A stretch of 64,000 nt of DNA from a virus (IMGVR_UViG_3300048854_000232:192618-256617), one strand, 5' to 3'. Positions 36,836 to 47,238 are shown, numbered from the stretch's first letter. A program made the numbers and translations. Notes: generated by a model from the letters alone, not told the origin.

Positions 36836-36917
36836 CTTGCCTGTAAATTGTGCCATACCCTCCTGATTCTCTGCACGAGGCATGATTCGCCTCTTACCTC
36901 TCTTCAAGGAACGCTTC

Positions 36918-37727
36918 ATGTCCATTTTGTCCGATCGCCAGATACGCACCCTCTGCGTCCCCCCGGCCACCGTCTTTGACCGCGCCGGGTACGATAAGGA
37001 AATCCTCGAGGCCGACACCACCGGCCAGCAGTCGATGGATCTGCGCCATCACACCACCTTCGGCGGACACGTTGCCGCCGCGGAGCAGAAGGTGCGGGAT
37101 CGCATCGCTCGCCACACGCATCCGATTACGGCCGAGCAGAAGGCAGCGTTCCGACCCATGATCTCGCCGTACGCGGGCGAAAGCATCAAGCTGGTCGAAT
37201 ACCCCAATCCCGTCCCGGAAGGCAATCCGATCTACCGGGTCCCGGCCCTGTCGTTTGGTAGCTCCAGCTTCGGCTACGATGTGCGATTGGCTGAGGAGTT
37301 CAAGATCTTCAGCAACATCAATTCGGGTATCATCGATCCCAAGCGCTTGGACGAAGTGTGCCTGGTGGACGGAACCATTCACAAAGACTACAGCGGGCAC
37401 TACGTGCTGCTGCCACCCAACAGCTACCTATTGGGCCGCACGATCGAAACCTTCGACATTCCCAGGGACGTCATGGTGGTCTGTCTTGGTAAGTCGACCT
37501 ACGCACGGGCCGGTGCGATCGTGAATGTCACGCCGATCGAGCCGGGCTTCAAAGGCACGGTAGTGATAGAGATCAGTAACAGCACGAACCTGCCGTTGAA
37601 GATCTACGCCAACGAAGGCATTTCGCAGTTCCTATTCTTCCAGGGGAGTGAGCCCTGCGAAGTCTCCTACGACGACCGTACCGGAAAATACCAACATCAG
37701 TCGGGCATCACCCTGCCCAAGGTGTAA
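36918..37727 (+). CDS. dcd: dCTP deaminase with N-terminal insertion
   Basis: MSILSD; [13 protein letters not shown]; GKSTYAR.G; TPIEPG; KYQ.Q.GITLP. Confidence 0.93.
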   Translation: MSILSDRQIRTLCVPPATVFDRAGYDKEILEADTTGQQSMDLRHHTTFGGHVAAAEQKVRDRIARHTHPITAEQKAAFRPMISPYAGESIKLVEYPNPVPEGNPIYRVPALSFGSSSFGYDVRLAEEFKIFSNINSGIIDPKRLDEVCLVDGTIHKDYSGHYVLLPPNSYLLGRTIETFDIPRDVMVVCLGKSTYARAGAIVNVTPIEPGFKGTVVIEISNSTNLPLKIYANEGISQFLFFQGSEPCEVSYDDRTGKYQHQSGITLPKV

Positions 37728-37737
37728 AGGACCCACT

Positions 37738-38037
37738 ATGTTTATCGCAGGACAAACCGCCGATGGCACGCCCGTCATGGGCGGGCTGTTCGAGATGCAC
37801 GACACCCGAGGGCTGCCGTTGTCCCTGTCGCTAATGTACCTGCGCGATAAGGGCATGGTCGGCGATCTCTACGGGTACGCGAAAGATGCACTGCTGCACG
37901 GCTGGACACCTAAGTCGATTCGCGTGCGTATCCGAGAAGCCGTGGTGGACATCCACGGGCTGGCCCATTGGCTGGAGATCGAGCCGCTGTTGGATAAAGT
38001 GTTCGACTGCTTTGTCCCCCTTACCAGGATCTCGTAA
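37738..38037 (+). CDS. small protein resembling an alanyl-tRNA synthetase helical sub-domain
   Basis: LFEMHDTRGLPLSL....RDKGM..D..G resembles AlaRS F.LYDTYGFP.DL....E.G..VD..GF. Confidence 0.55.
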   Translation: MFIAGQTADGTPVMGGLFEMHDTRGLPLSLSLMYLRDKGMVGDLYGYAKDALLHGWTPKSIRVRIREAVVDIHGLAHWLEIEPLLDKVFDCFVPLTRIS

Positions 38038-38663
38038 TGTTCATCAACGCAAGCAGTATCGAGAACTTCGACCATCGCATTGTCGAGGGTGTTCACGTCA
38101 CACACAAGTTCGGCGGGCATGTGTTCAAGGTTCTCAAGGCCGACCACTCCAGTGCCGTCTTGACCGTGGAGTGCGTGCATTGCGAGGAAGACTGCTGGAT
38201 GAAAGTCGGCGAGACCGAGGACAACCTCATCCGCCGTTACAGCTACCTGACCCCACTGGAGGCTGAGATCATGATGGGATTGAAACCTACCTCGAAACCG
38301 GAACCGCCGGTGAAGCCCAACACGATCCAGTTCCGCTGGCATCGCGGTACGCTAGACGAATCGATGGCCACGGCCGTCCAGATCGAACCCACGATCGCCG
38401 CCCTGATGGCGGTGCTCAACAAGGACGCTCTGGTGCAGACCGTGGTCACGGAACTGCAGATTGAGTTCTACGCCTTCGATGAGCGCATCCAACAACCCCT
38501 GTACATGGTCAGCAGTAAGACGCAAGGTGTGTTTGGTTGGCTCGACCATCCGTTGCGCGACTTTGCCACCACGCCGTATGTTCCGGTCGACGAAACCGCG
38601 ACGATGGCCTCGTCATTTCAGTCGATGCTACGAGACCTCGTTAATCGACAAGCAACCAAGTGA
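38037..38663 (+). CDS. hypothetical protein (CxxC; two domains)
   Basis: TAATG coupling. Confidence 0.7.
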   Translation: MFINASSIENFDHRIVEGVHVTHKFGGHVFKVLKADHSSAVLTVECVHCEEDCWMKVGETEDNLIRRYSYLTPLEAEIMMGLKPTSKPEPPVKPNTIQFRWHRGTLDESMATAVQIEPTIAALMAVLNKDALVQTVVTELQIEFYAFDERIQQPLYMVSSKTQGVFGWLDHPLRDFATTPYVPVDETATMASSFQSMLRDLVNRQATK

Positions 38664-38680
38664 CCAGGTAACCGAAACTG

Positions 38681-38697
38681 TTTCAACCACACATTAC
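38681..38697 (+). promoter_or_regulatory. phiKZ-like early promoter
   Basis: TTTCAACCACACATTAC. Confidence 0.65.
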
Positions 38698-38729
38698 CCT
38701 TGTACACACCAGAGTCCTAGGGAGCGACT

Positions 38730-39353
38730 ATGAACGACAATGTGATAAACATGGGTGATGCGCGCGCTGCGTTCCAGCACGCCTCTGCTCATCAGCGGTT
38801 GAAAGGGTCGGGCATGCCGGACTGGCTGATCGATGCGGTGATCGCCTACGGCAAAGCACACAACTCGGAACTGGCCAAGCATCTCAAGGTCACACCGTCG
38901 GATGATCCCCTGGTTGCGTTTAACATCCAATCGGAGGCGGACGACGACCAGACCTGGATGTTTAGCGTGCTGGGCGCGGCCGAGGGCGACGATGACGAAC
39001 TCAGGGCGTTTACGCTGCGAGTCATCCAAGAAGGAGAGATGGACTTCGTCAACACTGACGTGGTGCATTCGGGTCGACTGACCGACGGGGAAGAGATCAT
39101 GCAACCCCTTCAGCCGTACTTCGATTGGCTGACGACCGCGGTGGGTGAAGGCGGCGTCCCCTCGTTGTTGGGCACTCTCCCGGCGCTGTTTGCATACATG
39201 ATGGTTTACAGTCTCGTCATCCGCAAGCGCATGGAATCCAACGGCGAATTCACCATGTTCTTCTGGCGCACAGAGTCCGTCAGTGGCAGGGGCGACTTCT
39301 TGGAAGTCCGCGTTCATTTCGACACCATCGAAGCGCTTAATAACCGCACTTAA
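38730..39353 (+). CDS. hypothetical acidic protein
   Basis: SD GGAG; follows an early promoter. Confidence 0.75.
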   Translation: MNDNVINMGDARAAFQHASAHQRLKGSGMPDWLIDAVIAYGKAHNSELAKHLKVTPSDDPLVAFNIQSEADDDQTWMFSVLGAAEGDDDELRAFTLRVIQEGEMDFVNTDVVHSGRLTDGEEIMQPLQPYFDWLTTAVGEGGVPSLLGTLPALFAYMMVYSLVIRKRMESNGEFTMFFWRTESVSGRGDFLEVRVHFDTIEALNNRT

Positions 39354-39395
39354 CGATAACCTTTCGGGCCACCTGGCCCATCACTGGGAAGCACC

Positions 39396-39947
39396 ATGCA
39401 ACACGATACGACTCAAGGGACCACTCGCGTAGAACGGATCAATTACGCGGCGATGGTTGAAGAGCTGAGTGTGAAATCCGCACAATATCGCCAACGGCTG
39501 CTCGCCGATGACCCGACTAATTTCGAAATTATCACGCGCCGCGACTCCGATTACCTCAGCATGTACGGTATTGGGGTGACGGGTCCCCGACAGACAGGTA
39601 AGACGTTCCTGGCCTACGACATGATGTTGGAAGATTCCGACACCCTCATGGTCGTGGTAAATTCCCTGTTTGCTACGGCGGCGATAGATAACATCGTGCA
39701 CCTGTCCGCAGACAGTCTTGATCTGGATCGACTGAAGTGGCGGATTGCGACGGGACGAGATGTTCTGCGCGTCAATGCCTTCGCCCAGTCTAACCCGTTG
39801 GACCCAGACAACCCGCTACACACGGTCAAGCGCGTGGTGGTGGATGAGGCCTATTACATCCAGGACAAATGCGGCGCTACCTTGCGCGACATCGCCCACT
39901 GGGCGCGTCTGGGTGGACAGAGTCCCGAGATCGTTATCATCAACTGA
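39396..39947 (+). CDS. P-loop NTPase (single domain)
   Basis: GPRQTGKT Walker A; VVVDEA Walker B. Confidence 0.7.
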   Translation: MQHDTTQGTTRVERINYAAMVEELSVKSAQYRQRLLADDPTNFEIITRRDSDYLSMYGIGVTGPRQTGKTFLAYDMMLEDSDTLMVVVNSLFATAAIDNIVHLSADSLDLDRLKWRIATGRDVLRVNAFAQSNPLDPDNPLHTVKRVVVDEAYYIQDKCGATLRDIAHWARLGGQSPEIVIIN

Positions 39948-40022
39948 TTCGCTTTTAGGAGCACCACCGACACGGTTGTCAAAACCCTTCTGCTGTCTAA
40001 ACATAAACAAGGAACATGTCAC

Positions 40023-40472
40023 ATGCAGGAACTCATTACCGTTCGCACCGGCATCAGCCACGAGCACATCGGCACCGAGCTGGTCGAACTCATCGCCCAG
40101 CAGCTGCAGATCGAAGGCGGTAACGCGGACCAGGTCGTCCAGGGCGATTTGCTCTTCGGCATGACGATCCCCTCGATCCGGATCGAGTACGAAGCCTCGT
40201 ACAACATCGTCAGCAGCGATGGTGCGTACACCTTCGCCCAGACGGTCAACCTCGCCGGCGAAGGCGACGACGAAGACGCCGTACCGCTGCGTCTGATGGA
40301 ACTGCGTGCCGCTTGGCTCAACCGCAGCTACCGTGACGTCATGCGTGGTATCGCCAACATTGGCGCCGCCATCGAGAATGGCAGTCACGTACTGCCGGCC
40401 GGTACCTCGGCTGCGAAGTACCTCAGCGACCTCGCATACGCCGCGGTGGACGCATTTCCCGCGTCGAACTGA
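40023..40472 (+). CDS. hypothetical protein
   Basis: SD AAGGA; strong codon bias. Confidence 0.75.
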   Translation: MQELITVRTGISHEHIGTELVELIAQQLQIEGGNADQVVQGDLLFGMTIPSIRIEYEASYNIVSSDGAYTFAQTVNLAGEGDDEDAVPLRLMELRAAWLNRSYRDVMRGIANIGAAIENGSHVLPAGTSAAKYLSDLAYAAVDAFPASN

Positions 40473-40529
40473 TCGGGGCATAATGCGCTAGCCCTTCGGG
40501 GCTAGCGTTCTCATTCAAGGAAGTTTGTC

Positions 40530-41195
40530 GTGCAAGTACCTCTGATTCTGTTTTCCGGTGGTCTGGACTCCACCTACCTGCTCAACTTTCGTTTGAAGCA
40601 TGCGCCCGCCGACACGCTTTATGTCAGTGGTGGCCAGCATCCGTTGAAGATCGAAGCAGAGACCAAAGCATCCGCCAAGATTCTCAAGTTGATCGAAGCC
40701 GATCAGCCGTACAAAGTGCGCAACCGTCTGACCCTCGATTCGCTATCCTTCGCCGGCGCTCCTGCAACGGGCTTTACCCAAGCCCCTGCGTGGTTGTTCG
40801 CCGCGTTGTACCACGCCGATCCCGAGGTCCATAACGCGGTCGACATTGCCTACGTGATGGGTGATGAGATCACTGGCTGCATCCATCAACTGGAGCGTGC
40901 CTGGGAAGCGCTGTGGTCGGTGGGCAAGCAGGGTCCGTTGGTTCCGCTACAGTTCCCGCTCAAGATGCACCGTAAGGCGCAGTTTCTCCAGGAGCTGCCG
41001 CAGAAGATCCTCGACGAGGTCTGGGTGTGCGAGGTGCCGACCAAGCCCGGTAAGACCATCAAGGCCTGCGGTCAATGTGCGGCATGCGTTCGCTCGTTCC
41101 ACGAGTGGAGCCGTTTCAATAACCGCGCCACCATGCGCGCGGTCCCATCAGGCTACCGGAAGTTGGACAAAGATCCGCAAGTCATTGAGAGGTGA
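40530..41195 (+). CDS. QueC-like PP-loop ATPase
   Basis: LFSGGLDST PP-loop; WVCE...CGQCAAC zinc site. Confidence 0.8.
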   Translation: MQVPLILFSGGLDSTYLLNFRLKHAPADTLYVSGGQHPLKIEAETKASAKILKLIEADQPYKVRNRLTLDSLSFAGAPATGFTQAPAWLFAALYHADPEVHNAVDIAYVMGDEITGCIHQLERAWEALWSVGKQGPLVPLQFPLKMHRKAQFLQELPQKILDEVWVCEVPTKPGKTIKACGQCAACVRSFHEWSRFNNRATMRAVPSGYRKLDKDPQVIER

Positions 41196-41198
41196 GTC

Positions 41199-41525
41199 AT
41201 GTTCCTTAAGAAGGTGATCCCTAAGACCGTTCCCAATACCGATCCGCGTGTTCGCGATCAGAACCCCGAACGGATGATGTCGCCGATCGAGCGCGAAGCC
41301 GTGGCGATTCGATACTACGGTTGGGCACCGCATCCGCCCTTTGGTGCCCGCCTCGTTATCGCCGACCGCGATATCTTGAAGTCGGTCAACAATCGGGACA
41401 TTCCCGACGAGGTACCGCATCACCTGATGGACCTGACGCCGGAACAGCGTGCGTGGGTTCTCGCACTGCCCTACGAGATACGGGTCAACTACGACCTTCC
41501 CCTCAACGAACAATTACCGCCTTAA
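41199..41525 (+). CDS. hypothetical protein
   Basis: SD GAGG. Confidence 0.65.
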   Translation: MFLKKVIPKTVPNTDPRVRDQNPERMMSPIEREAVAIRYYGWAPHPPFGARLVIADRDILKSVNNRDIPDEVPHHLMDLTPEQRAWVLALPYEIRVNYDLPLNEQLPP

Positions 41526-41592
41526 GTAACACCCGTTTGGCAGGTCACGGTGTCTGGGAGCGCCCGGACACCTTAAGAGGAAAGACGAAACA

Positions 41593-41847
41593 ATGAAGCT
41601 GTTGCTGTTAGCTGTAATTTGGATCGGTGGAAGCTTGACATTGTTTATCGACGGCTATCGAAACCCTAAGCCGGGCACCCTTCCGCAGTTCCTTCCCCTG
41701 TTGTTCGCCGCGATCCTCTGGCCACTGCTGTGGCTGACTACGGCGACCATTCTTTTTTTGGCAGGCGTGTGGTCGCTCCTTTACACGCCCTACCTCACCT
41801 GGAAGCTTCGCCGCGAAGCACGCCCCAAGCGCCGAAAGCGTAAATAG
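41593..41847 (+). CDS. small membrane protein
   Basis: Hydrophobic helices and a basic tail. Confidence 0.65.
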   Translation: MKLLLLAVIWIGGSLTLFIDGYRNPKPGTLPQFLPLLFAAILWPLLWLTTATILFLAGVWSLLYTPYLTWKLRREARPKRRKRK

Positions 41848-41864
41848 TTTCAAATATACATTAC
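41848..41864 (+). promoter_or_regulatory. phiKZ-like early promoter
   Basis: TTTCAAATATACATTAC. Confidence 0.7.
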
Positions 41865-41975
41865 CCCTTGGTAAGCTCCGCATTGACGCACCCGCGTCTC
41901 CTGGCCCTTCCCTTTTCGGGAGGGGCTTTTGTTCGCTAACCCTCCTCACGTAAACCATCCATCAGGAACCCCTCG

Positions 41976-42545
41976 ATGTCCGACCCGGCAATCTATACCC
42001 GGCCCTTGCTGCCGATCTATATCAAGAACCATTCGCGCAACACCTTCCTGATGGACAGTCGCGTCCCGGATCGGGTGGTGACGACCGAAGCAGGAACCTT
42101 CCGCACCCGTCCCCTGAAGTTAGGTGGCATCGACCTCTTGGGTGCATGCGCCGTGCACGAGATCGGTGTGCGCTATCCCACCTACAGCACCGACTGCCTG
42201 GGGGTGGGTACGCTCAAAGTCCGCTCCGTGTTCGTGGTCAACCCGCGCGGTGAGATCATCGAGGTGGAAGTGAACGTTCCTTTCACCAAGTCGACTGAGG
42301 GTAACTACATCGATCAGCAGGTGTGGGCCACCGTCGCCCTGCCGGTTAAGTACGGCGAGCCCTGGGTGGCGGATTCCCGCCTGTCGGCGAAGGTGAACCC
42401 CGAAACGGGCATCCTTGCCTGGGCCCTGGCGCCCAGTAAACGACACGATGGATGGGCCGCCGTCGGCATCGTCCTGGACGGGGAGATCTGGTCGCATGAC
42501 CGTTACGAGCAGAAGTACACCTACGCGGGAGACGCGCATGTCTAA
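41976..42545 (+). CDS. hypothetical protein, paralogue of 42538..43083
   Basis: FL.D.RVPD...T....TRP shared. Confidence 0.75.
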   Translation: MSDPAIYTRPLLPIYIKNHSRNTFLMDSRVPDRVVTTEAGTFRTRPLKLGGIDLLGACAVHEIGVRYPTYSTDCLGVGTLKVRSVFVVNPRGEIIEVEVNVPFTKSTEGNYIDQQVWATVALPVKYGEPWVADSRLSAKVNPETGILAWALAPSKRHDGWAAVGIVLDGEIWSHDRYEQKYTYAGDAHV

Positions 42546-43083
42546 GCGCCTGGATCGGGTGGTGTATATCACCCCACGCTATCAGTCCCACGGCAACGGC
42601 GGGCTGTTCTTGACGGACACGCGCGTGCCGGACCAGTACATGACCACGCAGGACGGCGAGGTCATTATCACCCGCCCGGTCCGTAACAACGTCAGCCTGA
42701 TCAATCTGTCCCGTGATGAGAGTTGGCACGCCAAAGACGGCGACAACGTGACCTACGAGCTGTGCATGGATACGTTGCGCATTCAGTCGGTGTATCTGCT
42801 GACCCCCAATCAGCAACTCATCCAGGCCTCTTCTCCCTACCCGATGGGGTTCACCCCGACCAGTGAGGACCTCATGAAGGGGTACATCAGGGGCGGTCTC
42901 AAAGTGCCGCGTCACTCGCCGCCGACGCGGTACGACGGCTTCGTGTCAGTGGGGGTGGACATGACGGTCGATTGCAACGAGGGGATACTCCACTGGGATC
43001 CGGATGTCGGCCATGGCTTCCGTCTGCTGGCTGTGGATGCGATCGGTGAGATCCTGGTGCGCAGTCGCTCGGTGTTTTCCTAA
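42538..43083 (+). CDS. hypothetical protein, paralogue of 41976..42545
   Basis: Shared motifs; SD GGAG. Confidence 0.75.
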   Translation: MSKRLDRVVYITPRYQSHGNGGLFLTDTRVPDQYMTTQDGEVIITRPVRNNVSLINLSRDESWHAKDGDNVTYELCMDTLRIQSVYLLTPNQQLIQASSPYPMGFTPTSEDLMKGYIRGGLKVPRHSPPTRYDGFVSVGVDMTVDCNEGILHWDPDVGHGFRLLAVDAIGEILVRSRSVFS

Positions 43084-43107
43084 ACGAACCTAACAAGGAG
43101 TAAGACG

Positions 43108-43593
43108 GTGGACTCGATAGTAACCGAACCAACCTACGAAGTTATCGAGTCTACCGCTTCCTTGGACTGGAAAGCGTTCTACCGCATGTTGATTGCGAAC
43201 CGGGTACATGACACCTACTGCGCCCGAGTCCGTAGCTTTCTGTGGCGTGCTTACACCTACGGACGGCGTGGCGAGGTCCCGGTCTTTCTCTACCATCTAC
43301 TGGCTCGCGTCGATGGGGAGCTCGCAGGTATCGCCTGCGTGGGCGATAACGGTAAAGGGCAGCCTTACGTGAACCTCTACGTGCGCCCTCGGTTTCGCCG
43401 TCAAGGCTTGGGTGAGGCATTGCTGTCGAAGGTGATCGCTGCCTGTCCGGACGTGTGCGCGTTTCCTACGCCTACCTCCCGGGCGTTGTACGTAAAGCAT
43501 CGCCTGGAGCTCATCTCGCTCAAGCAAGCCAGCCGCGCCCTCAAAGGCATCCAGTTCCGCGCTGAGATGCGTGGACGTCCCGATTATTTCTAG
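43108..43593 (+). CDS. GNAT-family acetyltransferase
   Basis: LYVRPRFRRQGLGEALL motif A. Confidence 0.8.
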   Translation: MDSIVTEPTYEVIESTASLDWKAFYRMLIANRVHDTYCARVRSFLWRAYTYGRRGEVPVFLYHLLARVDGELAGIACVGDNGKGQPYVNLYVRPRFRRQGLGEALLSKVIAACPDVCAFPTPTSRALYVKHRLELISLKQASRALKGIQFRAEMRGRPDYF

Positions 43594-43600
43594 GATGAAC

Positions 43601-44194
43601 ATGAACGATATCGTCATACCCGCTGAAGGTGAAATGTCACGTCAGCACCGAATCATACTGGGTAGCAACTATTACGGCCTCTACGTACTGGGCATGGCGT
43701 CCACCGACTTCGAGCGAACCGATGAAGACTGCGGCATGGACAACATTGGCGTTCCGCGCCGGTACGAGGACCTCACGGAGAAACATCGGGAGAAGCTCCT
43801 GAGCGTGTTGGCCAACGAGGCGGAGCTGAAGAAGATGCTGAGCGAAGGCCGGCCCGTCACGGTGGCGCTGGATCCACAGCCACCGATCGATGTTTCCGAC
43901 TGGACCGGGAAACCCACCCTCAAGCTGTTCGTGTACGAGTCGCCCTATGCAGGGGAGCACCATGCGGCCGTACTTGCCTTTACCAAAGAGCAGGCGTTGG
44001 CGTTGATCAACGCGGCGAAGGTGAAACGTTTCAACGAGGACTGGGCGGCGAAAGAGAAAGAACTTCTCGCTCGCACACCCGTCCCGTCGTACACGCCGCC
44101 CTCGTACATTTCCGCACGCGATGACGTCAAGCTCGAAGAGATCAATGAAGTCCTCGTAGGTGCGGTGCAACTTTTCGATTCCGGATACGATTAA
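43601..44194 (+). CDS. hypothetical protein
   Basis: In operon. Confidence 0.7.
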   Translation: MNDIVIPAEGEMSRQHRIILGSNYYGLYVLGMASTDFERTDEDCGMDNIGVPRRYEDLTEKHREKLLSVLANEAELKKMLSEGRPVTVALDPQPPIDVSDWTGKPTLKLFVYESPYAGEHHAAVLAFTKEQALALINAAKVKRFNEDWAAKEKELLARTPVPSYTPPSYISARDDVKLEEINEVLVGAVQLFDSGYD

Positions 44195-44205
44195 TAGGAT
44201 CCCTC

Positions 44206-45915
44206 ATGGCAAAGCAAACCATCCGTCGTCGTACGGTATCTGCGACCTCGGCGGCATGGCCGCAGCACGTCCATCCCGTCTTGCAGCGTATCTACGCTGC
44301 CCGCGGTATCGAGAACCCTTCCGACATCGAGCATCGCCTGGCCCGCCTGCTAAATCCCAACCTCTTGGGTGGGATGGACGTGGCGGTCGATATCCTGATC
44401 AAGTCCATCCAAGCGAACAAGCGCATCACGGTGGCCGGTGATTATGATTGCGATGGGGCCACAGGCGCCGCTGTCGCTGTCAGAGGCCTGCGTCTATTGG
44501 GGGCGACCGACGTACACTTTATCGTCCCCGATCGCTTCGTACACGGTTACGGGCTGACTCCCGAGCTGGTCAACGCGATGGACCCCGGCACCGAAGTCAT
44601 CGTCACCGTCGATAGCGGCACCTCGAGCTTCTCAGGCGTCAAGGCGGCAAAAGAAAAAGGTCTGACCGTGGTCATTACCGACCATCACCTTCCCGGTGAG
44701 GGTCTGCCCATTGCCGATGCTATCGTGAACCCGAACTTGGATGGGGAGACTTTCCCTTCGAAGATGTTGGCGGGTGTGGGCGTGATGTTCTACCTGCTGA
44801 TCGCCATGCGTGGGGAGATGCGTAACCGCGGGATCTTCTTGGATGCCGGTCCGGATCTGTCCACGCTGTTGGATCTGGTCGCGTTGGGTACGGTGGCCGA
44901 TCTGGTGCCACTGGACTTCAACAACCGGATCTTGGTTGATGCGGGATTGCGCCGGATTCGCAGTGGTCAGGGTAACGCCGGTATCAAGGCGTTGATGGAG
45001 ATTGCCGAACTCCCCCCGGAACGACTGATTGCCAGTAACATCGCCTTCGGTATCGCCCCACGTCTGAATGCAGCCGGTCGGCTGGAGAACATGTCACTCG
45101 GCGTAGAGACCCTCCTGTCTGATGACTTGGGTCAGGCCCGGGTCATGGTCCGTCAGCTCGATGCGATCAACAAAGAACGCAAAGAGATGCAAGCGGAGAT
45201 GGTCAACGAAGCCGAACGCATGGTCGCCACAGCTGAACACATCGACAGCATCGGCGTGGTGGTGTTCGATCCGTCCTGGCATGCCGGTGTAGTAGGTCTG
45301 GTCGCCTCCAAGCTGAAAGAAAACCTGCATCGTCCGGTCATTGCGTTTGCGCCGGCTGGTGAAGGTAGTGATGAGGTGCGTGGTTCGGGTCGTTCGATCT
45401 CGGGCTTCCATCTGCGTGATGCCTTGGCCGTGGTCGATGCGAAGAACCCCGGTCTCATGCCGAAGTTCGGTGGGCACGCCATGGCCGCGGGTTTGTCGTT
45501 GAAGATGGCTGACGTACCGCGCTTTGCCAAAGCCTTCGATGAAGTCGCCACCAAGATGCTGGATGAGGAGACACTGCAAGCAGTTCTCTTCACCGACGGG
45601 GAACTGCCGGCCGGACACATCAACATCCACATGGCCTACTACCTGCGTGAAGCCGGCCCGTTTGGACAGGGCTTTCCCGAGCCGATGTTCGACAACGAGT
45701 TCGAGGTAGTGGCCTGGCGTACCCTGGGTGCGAAAGGTATCAGCCTGGCCCTGAAAGATCCCCGCGATGGCGCGGTGGTCTCCGGGACCATGTTCTTCGC
45801 CGACGGCAATATCCCTCCACCGACTAAGGTGCGCGCAGCTTTTGAAATTCAGATAAACACCTGGATGGAACGGGACAGTTTAAAACTCCTCATTCGTCAC
45901 CTCGAACCGATCTAA
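44206..45915 (+). CDS. recJ: single-stranded-DNA exonuclease RecJ
   Basis: GDYDCDG, TVDSG, ITDHH, LGTVAD, PRLNAAGR and FGGHAMAAG motifs. Confidence 0.96.
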   Translation: MAKQTIRRRTVSATSAAWPQHVHPVLQRIYAARGIENPSDIEHRLARLLNPNLLGGMDVAVDILIKSIQANKRITVAGDYDCDGATGAAVAVRGLRLLGATDVHFIVPDRFVHGYGLTPELVNAMDPGTEVIVTVDSGTSSFSGVKAAKEKGLTVVITDHHLPGEGLPIADAIVNPNLDGETFPSKMLAGVGVMFYLLIAMRGEMRNRGIFLDAGPDLSTLLDLVALGTVADLVPLDFNNRILVDAGLRRIRSGQGNAGIKALMEIAELPPERLIASNIAFGIAPRLNAAGRLENMSLGVETLLSDDLGQARVMVRQLDAINKERKEMQAEMVNEAERMVATAEHIDSIGVVVFDPSWHAGVVGLVASKLKENLHRPVIAFAPAGEGSDEVRGSGRSISGFHLRDALAVVDAKNPGLMPKFGGHAMAAGLSLKMADVPRFAKAFDEVATKMLDEETLQAVLFTDGELPAGHINIHMAYYLREAGPFGQGFPEPMFDNEFEVVAWRTLGAKGISLALKDPRDGAVVSGTMFFADGNIPPPTKVRAAFEIQINTWMERDSLKLLIRHLEPI

Positions 45916-45925
45916 AGGAAGACCG

Positions 45926-46438
45926 ATGCATTTTGGGCTTATCTACAACGGCAAAACCTACCAGCTGCAATACCCGAACTTGATCCTCGACCCCAACCAG
46001 GTCAAGCCAAAGCCAATCACTCCGTCGGATGGGGAAGTTCCCTCCAAGCCACGGCGTCCGCTGGCATGGGAACCGGTGCGTGAAGAGACCACGCACTTCT
46101 TCGATTTTATCTTCAACGATTCCAAGTGCCATCCACTCACCCTCGAACTGCAATACGCCGACGATAAGACGGTTGTGCCGGCAACCGCGGAAACGGAAGA
46201 ACTGAACTTCGCCCGCTTCGTGATTTGGATGGCCCAGTACCTGAACGGCCAGTTGTACGCCACCGGAATCGATCTTCGGATCATGTACGTCGACCAGAAC
46301 AGCAGCGAAGAGCGCGAGAACGGTGGGTTGGCCACCCACCGGTGCCGCTATCCCGTACCCGCGGAGGCCTTCCAACTTGGCGCAGGCCGGATAAAGGTGA
46401 CCTTGCCCCTGCAGCCGTATAACCCACCCCGGGGCTGA
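45926..46438 (+). CDS. hypothetical protein (YLNGQL family)
   Basis: MAQYLNGQLY motif. Confidence 0.7.
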   Translation: MHFGLIYNGKTYQLQYPNLILDPNQVKPKPITPSDGEVPSKPRRPLAWEPVREETTHFFDFIFNDSKCHPLTLELQYADDKTVVPATAETEELNFARFVIWMAQYLNGQLYATGIDLRIMYVDQNSSEERENGGLATHRCRYPVPAEAFQLGAGRIKVTLPLQPYNPPRG

Positions 46439-46439
46439 T

Positions 46440-46826
46440 ATGAAAATCATCACTGGTGAAGAACTCCTGACCTATCCGGCAGGGACCGTGTTTTACGTGT
46501 ACGACCACTACACCTTCGAACGACTGGCCATCAAACGAAGCCCGCCCGAGGCCTTTGATAAGAACGGTTACAACGCGTTCATGCTCCAGTACCTGGGTGA
46601 CTACATCTCACTCGAAGGCAGCGATCACACGGGCGAGATGATCGAGCAGATCGACAAGGCCATCGAGACGGGCGGGGAACTGCGCGTGGACCGTGAAGTC
46701 ACCGAGCGTTGGATCCTGGAAAAGATCGAGCTGCAAAAGTTCGCGGTGTTCGACAGCGCCGATACCCTCGCTCTGATCCAAGTGCTCCAGGCCACACTTC
46801 CGAAAGAGGTAGAGCATGTCCTCTGA
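46440..46826 (+). CDS. hypothetical protein
   Basis: Paralogous to the N-terminus of 47239..48177 (L.TYPAGT..FAVFD). Confidence 0.7.
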   Translation: MKIITGEELLTYPAGTVFYVYDHYTFERLAIKRSPPEAFDKNGYNAFMLQYLGDYISLEGSDHTGEMIEQIDKAIETGGELRVDREVTERWILEKIELQKFAVFDSADTLALIQVLQATLPKEVEHVL

Positions 46827-47229
46827 ACAACCCCAAGACTGGTGGGCCCTGAACCTACTGATGCTGCACAACCACAGTGGCTTTCGTAAGCTGGGCGATG
46901 CCCTGACCGAAGCCGATGCCAACCGACTCATGGGGGAGGACGACCTCCTCCTCGCTCGGGGCTCCATGGTCGATGAAGTGACCCAGATCCTCGCGAGTGA
47001 GGATGCCCCGTTCAAAGTTTACCTCTTCGAAGCTGAAGGCGTGGATGAGGGCGAGTACTGCCAGCTATCCGGCCGGTGGCAGTTGACGGCGATCGGCGAT
47101 ACGAGCATGACCGAGAACCAGTTGGTGGCCCAACGGATGAAGCACCGCAAGTTTGAAGAGTCGGCCCTGGTCTGCCTCTACGATGGCGAAACCGCTCGTC
47201 GCATCTTCAAGAAAATCACTACTCAGTAA
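46816..47229 (+). CDS. hypothetical protein
   Basis: SD GAGG. Confidence 0.7.
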   Translation: MSSEQPQDWWALNLLMLHNHSGFRKLGDALTEADANRLMGEDDLLLARGSMVDEVTQILASEDAPFKVYLFEAEGVDEGEYCQLSGRWQLTAIGDTSMTENQLVAQRMKHRKFEESALVCLYDGETARRIFKKITTQ

Positions 47230-47238
47230 GGATACCCC

